Positions 37,653 to 45,759 of a stretch of 45,759 nucleotides of DNA are shown piece after piece. Origin of the DNA: Octopus bimaculoides (Eukaryota); contig NC_069003.1 in the NCBI RefSeq assembly GCF_001194135.2, forward strand, positions 7,566,201 to 7,611,959, given 5' to 3'. Position 1 is the first letter of the stretch, and every line of letters starts with the position of its first letter. Under the pieces are notes generated by a model. That model saw nothing but the letters and a program-made list of their open reading frames with translations, was not told the DNA's origin and searched no databases. Made by a program: the position numbers and the translations under genes.

Positions 37653-40600
37653 CTGCAGCAGCAGCAACAGCAATAAACAAAACAAAACAGTGAGGGGAGG
37701 GAAATAATAGAATACCCAAGTTCAGATCATCATAAGCCTTCTGATGCCAGTCTGCCTTTGACCACACCCTCTGCCCAGTTCTACGATGCAAATAATTCCC
37801 TTTAATGTGAGCTAAACACTGCATATTCAGGTACCTACATAATCAACTCTTGCCTTTTTGGGGGATAGTTGTGGCCCCTGCCAACAGTAGAAGGCACAGT
37901 TATCGCTGAGTGTGACGAGACATTGCAGGAAAGGCAAGGAGTAGCAAACTTCCTTGCAGACCCTGAATGTATCCATTTATAACTAACAAACTGGCACTCA
38001 GTCAGTTCCGAGAACCAGGGTTCCAGTTGACCAGGTTAATGGAACAACCTGCTTGTGAAATTAACATGCAAGTAACCAAGCACTCCACAGACACATGTAA
38101 CCTTAACCCTTTCGTTACCTTATTTCTGTTGAGATGCTCTGTGTTTCTTTCAATTACTTTAAATATAACAAAGGATTTAGTAAAATAACTTAGTTATCAT
38201 TAAGCTGGTGTTAGGGACATTAATTGTGACTAAGGTCTGGTGGAAGATTTTAATTCAAAACTTATGAAAAAAAGACATTTGTAATACAGAGCCAGAGCTG
38301 GTTTCAGGTAGGTTGGTAACAAAAGGGTTAATATAGTTCTCGGAGAGATTCAGCATGACAAAGGATGTGACAAGGATGTGGCCCTTTGAAATTACAGGTA
38401 CCACTCATTTTTGCCAGTTGAGTGGACTGGAGCAATGTAAAATAAAGTGGCTTGCTCCAGGATATGACACGCCACCAGGAATTGAACTCCTGACCTTATG
38501 GTTCTTAGTAGAATATCTCTAGCCATTAGAGATTAAATCCTTTTGAGGTTGACTTTTGCTTTTCAGCTTCTGAAGTATGTGTGACGGTATGCCAGTATGT
38601 GAAACTGCGTGCTAAAGCAGTTGTACATGCATACATCTGTGGCAAAGCTGGCAGAGTTGTGAACACGCTGGGTAAAATGCTTAGCGGTATTTTGTCTGTC
38701 TTTACGTTCTGAGTTCAAATTCAGCTGAGGTCAAACTTTGCCTTTCATCTTTTTGGGGGTCAATGAAATAAGTACCAGGTAAGTGGTGGGGTTGACATAA
38801 TCAACAAGCCTCCACTCCTTCAAATTTCAAGCCTTGTGCCTAATGTAGAAAGGATTATTAAGAAAACTTTCGGCTGAAGGGAGATTGATAAAAATCAAAC
38901 ATCCAGTCAACATCATGGTGTCTGGAGTGATCACTAGTGATGGCAACGTTATGCCTCTGTTCATCTTCCCACACGGCCTCAGACTCAACACAAAGGCCTA
39001 CATCAAGTGCCTGGGAGAGGTAGTACTGCCCTGGGCCAACAGGCTGGCTGGTGGAAGACCCTATGTCTGGTAAGAGGCCTCTGCACGATGCCACACAAAC
39101 AGGAGAACACAGTCATGGCTATCAGATATGGTTTGGTATGGTTGCTACAGCTGGCTGCCCTTCCTAGGACCATTCACCTTACATAATGGACAGTGCTTTT
39201 TATGTGGCACCAGGACAGGTGAGGTCTGTTTTGGCAGGATTTTTGTACAGCTGGATGCCCTTCCAAATGCCAAACACTTTACAGTGTGAACAGGATGCTT
39301 TTTACATGACACCAGCAATGGTGGGTCACCAGGTAACTCACATGACAAAGAACAACAATACTAATGTTATTGCTATGGTGATGGTTCAGAAAAATCATTA
39401 AAGCGCCAGGAAAATGGTTTGCAATTTTTCTTGGAAATCTTCCGAATCCTGCCAAGGTTAATTTTGCTTTGAATCCCCCCCCCCCCCAGGGTCAATGAGA
39501 TAAAGTACCAGCCAAGTACTGGAGGACAATCTGACGAACACCTTCCCATAATCCCACAGGCTTTGTTTCAGGCCTTGTGTCTATGTTAGAAATGACTGTT
39601 AGTAGTAGTAATACTAAGAAGATATCATACTTACCTGTGGGACGTTTAGCTCCATATGCATTGTTTGGATGTGTGTGTGTATGAGTTATGTTGATCTCTT
39701 TCTTTCTGCCTGCTGTTAGTGAATTGTTTATATATTTGTCGTTTACATTGATATTAATGTTCACGTCCATTGGTGAATGGTTTGTTGTTGTTGGTGGTGG
39801 TAGTGGTGGTGATGATGGGGGTGGTTGTGCTGTTGTTGGTGGTGGCGGTGGTGGTTGTGTAATTGGTGGTGTTGGTGACGGTGGTGGGGGTGGTTGTGTT
39901 GTTGTTGTAGTTGTCATCGTATTGGGCTGTGGAGTAAACGAAGTTTCGCTTTGATCATTAACTGCTGTTGGTTTAGCAGTGACATTCTTCACAGGCTGAA
40001 GAAATTCAATTTTTATTTCAGAACTATCGCTGTCATTTTTGGTATTTTTACTCGTCTTTAAAATTATTCGTGAGTTGTTGGCGGTGTTCTTATGGAAATC
40101 AATTTGAACTTTAAACGGTTTTCTTTTTTGCCAACCTACATTCTTAATATTCAAAAATTTCCTCTGCATTTCGGCTGCAAGTAAGCTTTGAGGATTTACA
40201 AATATAGCTTTTTTTTCAGGAGAATATGTAAAATTGATTTTGAGATCGTTCAGTATACCAATGAGTTTGTAGAAATATTCAAGGCCCAAATATGTATTTT
40301 TACTCATATTTAGTTCATTCCCATTGAATGAAATTTTAATCTCAGGACGTTTCCATTCAGAACGTGAACCAGGTTTAACCTTTTTCCATTTGCTCTGCAT
40401 TGATTTGTGAGTTTCACTTTGAGGTTCTTTCATTGAAGCTTCAGAAGAGGATGCGACAAGTGATTGCATAGCCTCTCCAGTTGTCTTTTTGTCCCCTGTT
40501 TGCTTATTATGGTCATCAGCATTCAGATTGGTCGAGAGGTTTTTAGAGGTGTCCGTGTTATTTTCATCGATTAGAGAAATAAGCTTCAGCAAGAGTTTAT

Positions 40601-41296
40601 TTCTGTCTTCTTCAGAAGAGTTTTGATTTTGAGCTCCTGACGAATGTTCACTCGTTGAATGGGGAAGAAAACCGTATTTCTTTAAAAAAATATCTTCTAG
40701 AAGTTGGTGCAAAGATTTTGAAGGGGAGGGATTTTGATGCATAAACACATTCTGTTCCTTACTTTTCAACATAGCATTTTCCTTATTCTTCTTGTGCTTC
40801 ATGAGGTTTTTGAAAACATGGTAAAACACAGTCGAAAGACACCTAGTATTCAATGGCAATGAACATTTGTGAGCTAGTTTATCAATGTCTTTATAGATCT
40901 TTTCACGCAGAAGATAATAGCTTTGTACATCATCACCATTATAATGGTTGTTAACGTCATACATCGACTCTTCTTCTTCCTCCTCCTCTTCCCCTGACAC
41001 ATCATCTTCATCAGTGTCACTTGAACCACCTAGCATATAATTATCATCATCGTCATCACCATTGTGTCTAATCATGTCACTTTTTAACAATACCCAAGGC
41101 GTATGTTTTCTGTTGGGCATGTTTCTCCATGCAGTCTGATCTCTTTTAATAACAATGCCTGAGGTCCTTTTCAGAATTGGCTTTGGAACTTTCTTATGCC
41201 ATCGACTATAAAGATAGTCCTCCAATTCATCAGAATCGATGCTTTCAGCATTCCTGTTGTAGGCCACTGAGTAAAGATTTCTATCCACCCAATTAT
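1445..41296 (-). CDS. Partial multi-exon gene: large low-complexity exon plus 16 TSP1 (TSR) exons; probable secreted or cell-surface adhesive/ECM protein (~1551 codons in the exons found)
   Basis: 17 exons with AG/GT boundaries, all phase 1-1, join in one open frame; 16 encode WxxWxxW-CxxxC-xxG-RxR-C...C...C...C TSR motifs. No start or stop exon identified. Confidence 0.85.
2556..2729 (-). CDS. TSP1 exon 15 (174 bp)
   Basis: [58 protein letters not shown]; gttttag| ... G|gtaagg. Confidence 0.9.
4118..4291 (-). CDS. TSP1 exon 14 (174 bp)
   Basis: [58 protein letters not shown]; gttttag| ... A|gtaagg. Confidence 0.9.
4577..5140 (-). mobile_element. Decayed CR1/L2-type LINE ORF2 3' fragment
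   Basis: Translates to [12 protein letters not shown]...[20 protein letters not shown]...[11 protein letters not shown]...TRGHTYKI...[16 protein letters not shown], matching the CR1-clade RT C-terminus. Confidence 0.8.
6826..6999 (-). CDS. TSP1 exon 13 (174 bp)
   Basis: [58 protein letters not shown]; attttag| ... A|gtaagg. Confidence 0.9.
7449..7592 (+). mobile_element. RTE-tailed SINE 3' end (family C); further copies at ~5300-5500 (+), 7760-7878 (+), 8631-9100 (-), 20335-20492 (+), 31150-31500 (-)
   Basis: agggcatccagctgtagaaactctgcc...caacccatgctagcatggaaagcggacgttaaac(gat)n. Confidence 0.8.
8093..8266 (-). CDS. TSP1 exon 12 (174 bp)
   Basis: [58 protein letters not shown]; gttttag| ... 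A|gtaagg. Confidence 0.9.
9567..9740 (-). CDS. TSP1 exon 11 (174 bp)
   Basis: [58 protein letters not shown]; gttttag| ... A|gtaagg. Confidence 0.9.
10126..10332. mobile_element. Tc1/mariner-type MITE with internal ~85-bp tandem duplication
   Basis: TA|CAGGGTGTCCACAAAGT ... ACTTTGTAGACAGCCTG|TA imperfect TIRs flanked by TA. Confidence 0.75.
10489..10536 (+). ncRNA. Minimal type I hammerhead ribozyme motif (Penelope-type), right arm of inverted repeat 10362-10600
   Basis: GUCU CUGAUGA A GGGAUAU-auaaa-AUAUCCC G GAA ACAGCUGU A AGAC: intact core, 7-bp helix II, palindromic helix III, 4-bp helix I, GUA triplet. Confidence 0.7.
11313..11520 (-). mobile_element. Probable Penelope-like element 3' remnant ending in a decayed hammerhead (11313-11356)
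   Basis: GGC C(A)UGAUGA A AUACC-acaa-GGUAU A GAA AAUACGUAUU C GCC. Upstream frameshifted ...SNK/DAGLT resembles PLE GIY-YIG C-termini (weak). Confidence 0.5.
11998..12171 (-). CDS. TSP1 exon 10 (174 bp; absent from the ORF track)
   Basis: Manual translation [58 protein letters not shown]; attttag| ... G|gtaagg. Confidence 0.9.
   Translation of the reverse strand, partial: DYQTRLTAAGHHGVNGHIVHLHVTQANGRDFAAAYQRVVNAKETLLKTKNACTNLVK
12525..12770. repeat. Compound (CTA)n/(CTG)n trinucleotide repeat
   Basis: Visible tactactac/gctgctgct tracts; intronic. Confidence 0.85.
14703..14876 (-). CDS. TSP1 exon 9 (174 bp)
   Basis: [58 protein letters not shown]; attttag| ... G|gtaagg. Confidence 0.9.
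15125..15260 (+). mobile_element. Decayed RTE LINE 3' fragment
   Basis: [22 protein letters not shown]...QVLNWPPE resembles RTE LWERTNQ.PIEEEI.KR.W.WIGH...QAL.W.P. Confidence 0.55.
15509..15682 (-). CDS. TSP1 exon 8 (174 bp)
   Basis: [58 protein letters not shown]; gttttag| ... G|gtaagg. Confidence 0.9.
15923..16143. mobile_element. piggyBac-type MITE (TTAA TSD) inserted in a hairpin element
   Basis: TTAA|CCCTTTAG ... CTAAAGGG|TTAA. Confidence 0.8.
16510..16790 (+). mobile_element. Decayed RTE (BovB-like) LINE 3' fragment
   Basis: Encodes ...WMCNVSVHV...[26 protein letters not shown]..., same family as 31560-31800 and 42745-42998. Confidence 0.65.
17059..17232 (-). CDS. TSP1 exon 7 (174 bp)
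   Basis: [58 protein letters not shown]; attttag| ... G|gtaaca. Confidence 0.9.
17737..18600 (+). mobile_element. Internally deleted mariner element with ~55-bp TIRs
   Basis: TIR ggtctgatcaataagtatccggattgttgccatagtaacgaagctaaagcatg at ~17742 and its complement at 18543-18597; transposase HTH remnant [26 protein letters not shown] solo end of the same family lies at ~8440-8520. Confidence 0.85.
19205..19487 (-). mobile_element. tRNA-headed SINE (family E) with hammerhead-like 3' part
   Basis: A box TGGCGTAGTGG, B box AAGTTCGATTCC, (AAT)n spacer, then CTGATGAAAGCTG...CAGCCGAAGCGTTGTATT; homologous to the copies at 36170-36680. Confidence 0.75.
21631..21804 (-). CDS. TSP1 exon 6 (174 bp)
   Basis: [58 protein letters not shown]; attttag| ... 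G|gtaaag. Confidence 0.9.
23375..23540 (+). mobile_element. tRNA-derived SINE (family A); further copies at ~344-510 (+), 1185-1330 (-), 3350-3475 (-), 3480-3615 (+), 21120-21390 (-), 25331-25474 (-), 25706-25860 (-), 30130-30280 (-)
   Basis: Recurrent gtggctgtgtggtaagaagcttgcttcccaaccacatggttccgggttcagtcccactgcgtggcaccttgggcaagtgtc...gacggaaactgaaagaagcccgtcg followed by a microsatellite tail. Confidence 0.8.
24443..24823 (-). mobile_element. tRNA-headed SINE family D; second copy at 43829-44197 (+)
   Basis: Head ggaggcgcaatggcccagtggttagggcagc...ggtttcgattcccagaccggg and a shared body ending tcgtaagcgacggagtgccaac. Confidence 0.8.
25095..25300 (-). mobile_element. SINE family B; further copies at ~3130-3345, 5975-6070, 25485-25675, 26600-26810, 35885-36060
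   Basis: Recurrent tttgtttcagtcatttgactgtggccatgctggagcaccacctttagtcgagcaaatcgacccc...ggggacaaacacagacac(ac)n; orientation inferred. Confidence 0.7.
28602..28682 (-). ncRNA. Decayed hammerhead motif with long helix-II loop
   Basis: AGCU CUAAGGA A GCUAUAAG...CUUAUAGC A GAGACAGCUGU A AGCU; core mutated, stems intact; same family as 33281-33361. Confidence 0.45.
29491..29640 (-). CDS. TSP1 exon 5 (150 bp)
   Basis: [50 protein letters not shown]; cttttag| ... G|gtaagc. Confidence 0.88.
30463..30804 (-). CDS. TSP1 exon 4 with long Thr/Lys/Pro linker (342 bp)
   Basis: [15 protein letters not shown]...[49 protein letters not shown]; ttcttag| ... G|gtaagg. Confidence 0.88.
31560..31800 (-). mobile_element. 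Decayed RTE LINE 3' fragment
   Basis: [26 protein letters not shown]...[26 protein letters not shown]. Confidence 0.8.
31996..32232 (-). CDS. TSP1 exon 3 with Thr-rich linker (237 bp)
   Basis: [17 protein letters not shown]...[51 protein letters not shown]; tttatag| ... G|gtaaag. Confidence 0.9.
33281..33361 (+). ncRNA. Hammerhead motif with long helix-II loop (core intact, helix I decayed)
   Basis: CUGAUGA A GCUAUAA...UUAUAGC A GAA ACAGCUGU A. Confidence 0.55.
34285..34452. repeat. 47-bp perfect inverted repeat; each arm is a minimal hammerhead motif
   Basis: Arms 34285-34331 and 34406-34452; AUGUC CUGAAGA A GGGG-uuuuca-CCCC GAA AUAU A GAAAU on + (34409-34448), mirrored on -. Confidence 0.8.
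35594..35767 (-). CDS. TSP1 exon 2 (174 bp)
   Basis: [58 protein letters not shown]; ttttcag| ... G|gtaagt. Confidence 0.9.
36225..36680. mobile_element. Head-to-head pair of family E SINEs joined by a 48-bp perfect palindrome (36365-36412)
   Basis: cttaaccactacgccatatgccca|tgggcatatggcgtagtggttaag; the left copy (-) is internally deleted, the right copy (+) is near full length. Confidence 0.85.
36741..36914 (-). CDS. TSP1 exon 1 (174 bp)
   Basis: [58 protein letters not shown]; tttcag| ... G|gtaaag. Confidence 0.9.
37060..37545. repeat. Compound trinucleotide repeat (GTA/GTG/ATG) with ~105-bp higher-order units
   Basis: Unit ttgtggtagtagtagtagtggtgatggtagtgatgatgatgatagttgtgg...gtaatggtggtgatag repeats ~2.5 times (37201-37470). 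Confidence 0.8.
38107..38327. mobile_element. piggyBac-type MITE inserted into a SINE
   Basis: TTAA|CCCTTTCGTTACC ... GGTAACAAAAGGG|TTAA; it interrupts the SINE motif ...ccttaa|tatagttctcgg... Confidence 0.8.
38868..39125 (+). mobile_element. Tc1/IS630-family transposase fragment
   Basis: [58 protein letters not shown]...APC/HT-like continuation. Confidence 0.8.
39635..41296 (-). CDS. Large internal exon (1662 bp): acidic tract, basic/Asn-rich middle, Pro/Thr stalk
   Basis: Lies within the 598-aa ORF 39492..41288. Acceptor ttttcag|ATAATTGGGTG at 41296, donor ACAG|gtaagt at 39635; length divisible by 3; phase 1-1 like the downstream TSR exons. Confidence 0.8.
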
Positions 41297-41438
41297 CTGA
41301 AAATACAAATAAGAAAGCCAGAAAGGTTATATTTTACTAATTCTCTCCCCTGATCCCCAAGAACATATGTACGTATGTATGTGTGTGTGTGTATATACAT
41401 ACATATATATAAGTATATATGTGTGTGTGTGTGTGTGT

Positions 41439-41474
<36 letters not shown>

Positions 41475-41482
<8 letters not shown>

Positions 41483-41783
41483 TAGGGTACTGCATAAGCA
41501 TCTGCTTTGCTAAAAATAGAAGTCAAAATACTTCTAAGTTGAAGAAGAATTTAAAAAGAAGAACCAAAGATGTAGAAAAGAAAAGTAATATCTTCCCTTA
41601 ATTTGATAAGTTTCTCGCAGAAAACTGGAAACAGACAAGCTTGCTTATATAAGGATGGTGCTTATTTACACCCATCACTTGATGTCAAGACAAGGCTACA
41701 CACCTTAAGAATGTAAAAATATAAAACAAAGCTATGTAGGCCTATAGGCCATCGACTTACAACCAGTCAGTCGGAACCAATTG

Positions 41784-41832
<49 letters not shown>

Positions 41833-41900
41833 GTAGCTTAGAAGTATTTTGACTTCTATTTTTAGCAAAGCAGATGCTTATGCAGTACCCTAGTACATAT
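41475..41900. repeat. 64-bp perfect inverted repeats (41475-41538 / 41837-41900); third diverged arm at ~42317-42378
   Basis: atatgtactagggtactgcataagcatctgctttgctaaaaatagaagtcaaaatacttctaag and its exact reverse complement. Confidence 0.8.
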
Positions 41901-42399
41901 GAATATACTTATCGTTTAACGTCCGCTTTCTATGCTAGCATGGGTTGGATATTTTGTATAATTATTAATTTTGCTTATATGGCTTTTACACGTGGGGCCA
42001 CTAACGTTATTATTTTAGGAATAATATTATTCTTTTATATCTATAAATAATTTCACATGGTTCGTCTTGTTTCAATGGTGTTTGGCCACTCAAACGAATT
42101 TACAGGAATGGTAATAGTGAATTTCAGTAGCTGTCCCTTGCAGATCTGACTGAAAAGAATCAGGTACCTCTGGCGCTAAATTTGAAATCATGATATCAAA
42201 TTAACTGACATTCCTCCTGCATCCTTTGAAGAGATAAGACACTAATCTTATTCACTAAATTTTTCTTTTCTTATCAGGCCTGTATTAATTTAGTAATTTT
42301 GGTAATTCTTCTGTTGCTTAGAAGTATTTTGACTGCTATTTTTAGCAAAGCAGGTGCTTATAAAATACCCTAATATATATAAATATATTGTTGATTGCT

Positions 42400-42607
42400 T
42401 AACAGAATGCACATGTATTGGACTTGTTAAGAAGCTCAATATTTGGGTTCCACATAAATTGAAAGAGGTTCACTTAACACAATGAATCAATATTTACAAT
42501 ATGCTTCTCAAACACAAAGAAATTGGCCCTTTTTTTAAACGAATCATCACCAGTGATGAAAAATGGATTGTCTACAATAACACCAGTCAAAAACAATCAT
42601 GGTCCAA
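42400..42607 (+). mobile_element. Mariner transposase fragment
   Basis: WVPHKLKEVHLTQ*INIYNMLLKHKEIGPFFKRIITSDEKWIVYNN: WVPHEL motif and first catalytic Asp (TGDEKW-like). Confidence 0.85.
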
Positions 42608-42744
42608 GTGTTATGTGGTGACAGGAAGTGCATCAGGCTGTGGAAAATCTGCCTCAACAAAAACTCTGTCCTAACCATGCAAGAATAGAAAAGTGGAAGT
42701 TAAAAAATTATGATGCATGTTTGTATATGTGTTTGTGTGAATTT

Positions 42745-42998
42745 GAGGCATCAGATGTTGTGTGCAAGAGAGAAGACTGTGCTGGTTTGGCCATGTGATG
42801 CATATAGATGAGGACAGCTGCATAAACAAGTGCCAAGCTCTAATTGTGGAGTGGGGTACCTGTGGAAGGAATAAACCTAAGATGTTGGTTGAAGTGGCGA
42901 GAAAGGATCTTTGGATGCTGGGCCACACTGAGGAAATGACAAGGGCCCAGGAGATGTGGAAATTTGTTGTACTTGATAAGACACGTCAAGCTAAGTAA
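42745..42998 (+). mobile_element. Decayed RTE LINE 3' end
   Basis: QERRLCWFGHVMHIDEDSCINKCQALIVEWGTCGRNKPK. Confidence 0.8.
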
Positions 42999-43149
42999 AA
43001 TCGCTCTTTTCCACACATACACACTTGTCCTTTCAGGTGCCGGTGCAGCTTAGAAAGTACCTGTGCCAGTGCTGCATTAATGCACCAGTGACGGTGCTGT
43101 ACAGATGCTCCCATGCTGGTGGCACATAAAAAACACTCAGCACACTTGT

Positions 43150-43480
43150 TAAATGACTTGTGGTAAGCTGCATGTCCAAATTACGATAGCTTTGTGGACT
43201 TGATTCTCTACAATAAGTGTCTTTGAACTTTCAGCTTTTCTAGAACAGCAATGTTTGCTACCCTGTCTTTCCAGCTTAGCCCCCTCAACCTGCAAAAGAT
43301 CCCCATCTGAAAGGTTTTTATCTTCTTCATTGCTCTGTACATTATCCAAGTTTTTGCCTCGTAGAAGACAATTGGCAACAACATAACAGTCTACCAACCT
43401 CAATTTTAGGTGTAATCTTATGTCTTTTGAGGTAAAGATCTCTTTCATTCTTATAAATGTAGTTTTAGCCATCCATTATT
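43150..43480 (-). mobile_element. Decayed RTE LINE fragment (second subfamily)
   Basis: MAKTTFIRMKEIFTSKDIRLHLKLRLVDCYV resembles RTE AKAAF.KMK.I.TS..ISL.LKLRL..CYV. Confidence 0.7.
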
Positions 43481-45019
43481 TATTCCTTGAGTATAGACAC
43501 ATTTGGGAGTAAAAACACAGAAGTTATGTAACATAACAGTATGGAACAGATAGATAATGCATAGAGCAAAATACAGAATTATTACTTACATGACAGCATG
43601 GTCCAGATAAATAGGTATAATTTGAAAAGAGCTGCCATTCAAGCACCATTCAGAATATAACCTGCAATAGTAACAACATCATATTCACTGTTAACTCTAC
43701 TAATCATCAATATTGAACTTAAAAGGTTTATTTTCCTATGCTGTCTCAGTGTAACTGTTTCGGTTTTTTTACTCATTTATGGGCCCCCACTCAACTTTTC
43801 TTTTCCCCCTGTTAATAGTATTTGCTTAGTGGAGGCGCAATGGCCTAGTGGTTAGGGCAGTGGACTCGCGGTTTCGATTCCCAGACCGGGTGTTTTGAGT
43901 GTTTATTGAGCGAAAACACCTAAAGCTCCACAAGGCTCCAGCAGGGGTTAGTGGCGAACCCTGCTGTACTCTTTCACCAAAACTTTCTCTCACTATTTCT
44001 TCCTGTTTCTATTGTGCCTGTAATTCAATGGGCCAGCCTTGTCACACTGTGTCATGCTGAATATCCCCAAGAACTACGTTAAGGGTACACGTGTCTGTGG
44101 AGTGCTCAGCCACTTGCACGTTAATTTCATGAGCAGGCTGTTCCGTTGATTGGATCAACTGGAACTTTTGACATCGTAAGCGACGGAATGCCAACAAGTA
44201 TTTGCTTAAACAATCAATGTCTCTATGGATAGACAGTATCACTTACATACTGGGATTAAAGACATATACTATATTCCATACTTCAGCCCCACTGCATGGT
44301 ACCTTTGCCAATTGTCTTCTACTTATTTGTGTCTCATGTAACCAACATTGGTTCCTCCTCATGCTTTTCTTCAGAGGTATTGACTTACAAAGTTTCAAGA
44401 ACATGAATGGCATCACTTTCAGTGGTCAGTGAGGACTTATGAGGGTCTTAGTCTACTGCATCTTCTCCAGACCCAACGAGCAAAAGAAAACCCCAAAGAA
44501 TAAAAAGTAAAAAAAACCATGGCCACTTATTTCAGCAATTCCTGAGCAAGACTTGAACTTTGAAACTAGAGGTATTATCATCATCATTTAAAGTATGTTT
44601 TTCATGCTGTCATGGGTTGGACAGTTTAACAGGCACTGGCCAGCTAGGGAGCTGTCCAGACTCCAATTGTCTGTTTTAGCATGGTTTCTACTGCTGGATG
44701 GATGCCCTTCCTAATGCCAACCACTTTACAGGGTGTACGGGGTGCTTTTTACATGACACCAGCATGGGTGCTTCACATGTAGCACTAGCATGAGTGCTTC
44801 TTATGTGGCACCAGCACAGGTGCTTTTTACATGGTAACAGCACATAAAAATATATTTAATTATCCAGCTAATTAAGTTCTAGCCATTTTTAATGTTGCTT
44901 GAAACCTTTCCATGACTATATTTCTAATGAGTAAACTATTTATTTTGATTAATTTTTTAATATAATCAAGATTCTAAAAATGTTTAGTAAATTTATCTAA
45001 TCCACAACTTTAGAAACAG

Positions 45020-45345
45020 CCACCATCAATGTAGGCACAACAAAGAGTAGGTCTGGAGAGATTGTTAAATTTTGGTGCAAAGACATGTAGACTTGTTCTG
45101 TATGCAAGGAGGTATGGTGGAGAGGAGACTCTGCAAGATTCTTCATGGCATGGAGCAAAGGTATAAATTTTGATTGAGGTAATCTTGGTTAACTGTGATA
45201 ATTATCTCTGCTTTATGCTCCAGTCTGGACTGGCAGACAAACTGAAGCACCAATTTTATGAGGTCTTCATGCAGCAGACTACCTTGATTCCAAACGACAA
45301 TGATCCTATCATCATGGCAGGTTACTTCAACAAACATGTTGGGTA
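45020..45345 (+). mobile_element. Decayed RTE LINE apurinic endonuclease fragment
   Basis: TINVGTTKSRSGEIV...KEVWWRG...QSGLADKLKHQFYE...PIIMAGYFNKHVG, matching APE motifs T.NVGT, QE.RW.G, GDFNGHVG; contains stops. Confidence 0.8.
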
Positions 45346-45759
45346 ATGTTTTAACGAAGCTAAAATTGGGAATATAATTACAAAATAAATAATAATAATA
45401 ATAATAATAATAATTAATTCTGTTTTATTGGCCACAAGGGCTAATATAAATCAAAAACATGAAAGGACAAAGACAGGACGAAGGTTACAAAGGGTTTTGT
45501 CCGAAAAGGTAGAAAACGTTCGTGTAAACAGTTAGGAATAACAGAGAAAGATATAACAAATAAAAGTCCCAATAGGGGGAGGCGCTTCGAAAGGTTACAC
45601 GTGGAAAAACCCAGCAGAGAACAATAATAATAATAATAATAATAAAAACAGTGAGCGAAAGCCCAGCTCCTTGGGAATTAACCATGCCCGTCACTAAGGT
45701 GGTGCACTGAACGGCACCGCCCCCTCGCTAATTCAATGGTGCATCCTCAGATTTCCTTC

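Noticed and set aside
39688-39954. Plus-strand Gly/Val-rich ORF
   Set aside because: Antisense of the Pro/Thr stalk in the large exon.
42060-42260. Candidate upstream or signal-peptide exon of the TSR gene
   Set aside because: The AG/GT pairs tested give stops or the wrong phase; no signal peptide found, so the 5' end is left unassigned.
45143-45337. Minus-strand ORF 'VEVTCHDDRIIVVW...' resembling a ZP-N domain start
   Set aside because: The opposite strand is a clear RTE endonuclease remnant, so the resemblance is coincidental.

Overview
Repeat- and microsatellite-rich, gapped (N-run) animal genomic window, most likely an octopus or other coleoid (inferred from repeat content). It is spanned on the minus strand by one large intron-rich gene whose start and end were not identified. 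The gene has one 1662-bp low-complexity exon (39635-41296) followed by 16 thrombospondin type-1 repeat (TSR/TSP1) exons between 36914 and 1445. All 17 exons are GT-AG, phase 1/phase 1 and frame-symmetric, and 13 of the 16 TSR exons are exactly 174 bp. The 3' TSR exons are recent tandem duplicates that carried flanking intron with them. The introns hold tRNA-headed and RTE-tailed SINEs, decayed RTE and CR1-type LINE fragments, Tc1/mariner and piggyBac-type MITEs, and several long palindromes. About ten Penelope-type minimal hammerhead ribozyme motifs are present, including a tRNA-headed SINE family that ends in a hammerhead. Coordinates were read by hand; repeat boundaries are approximate.
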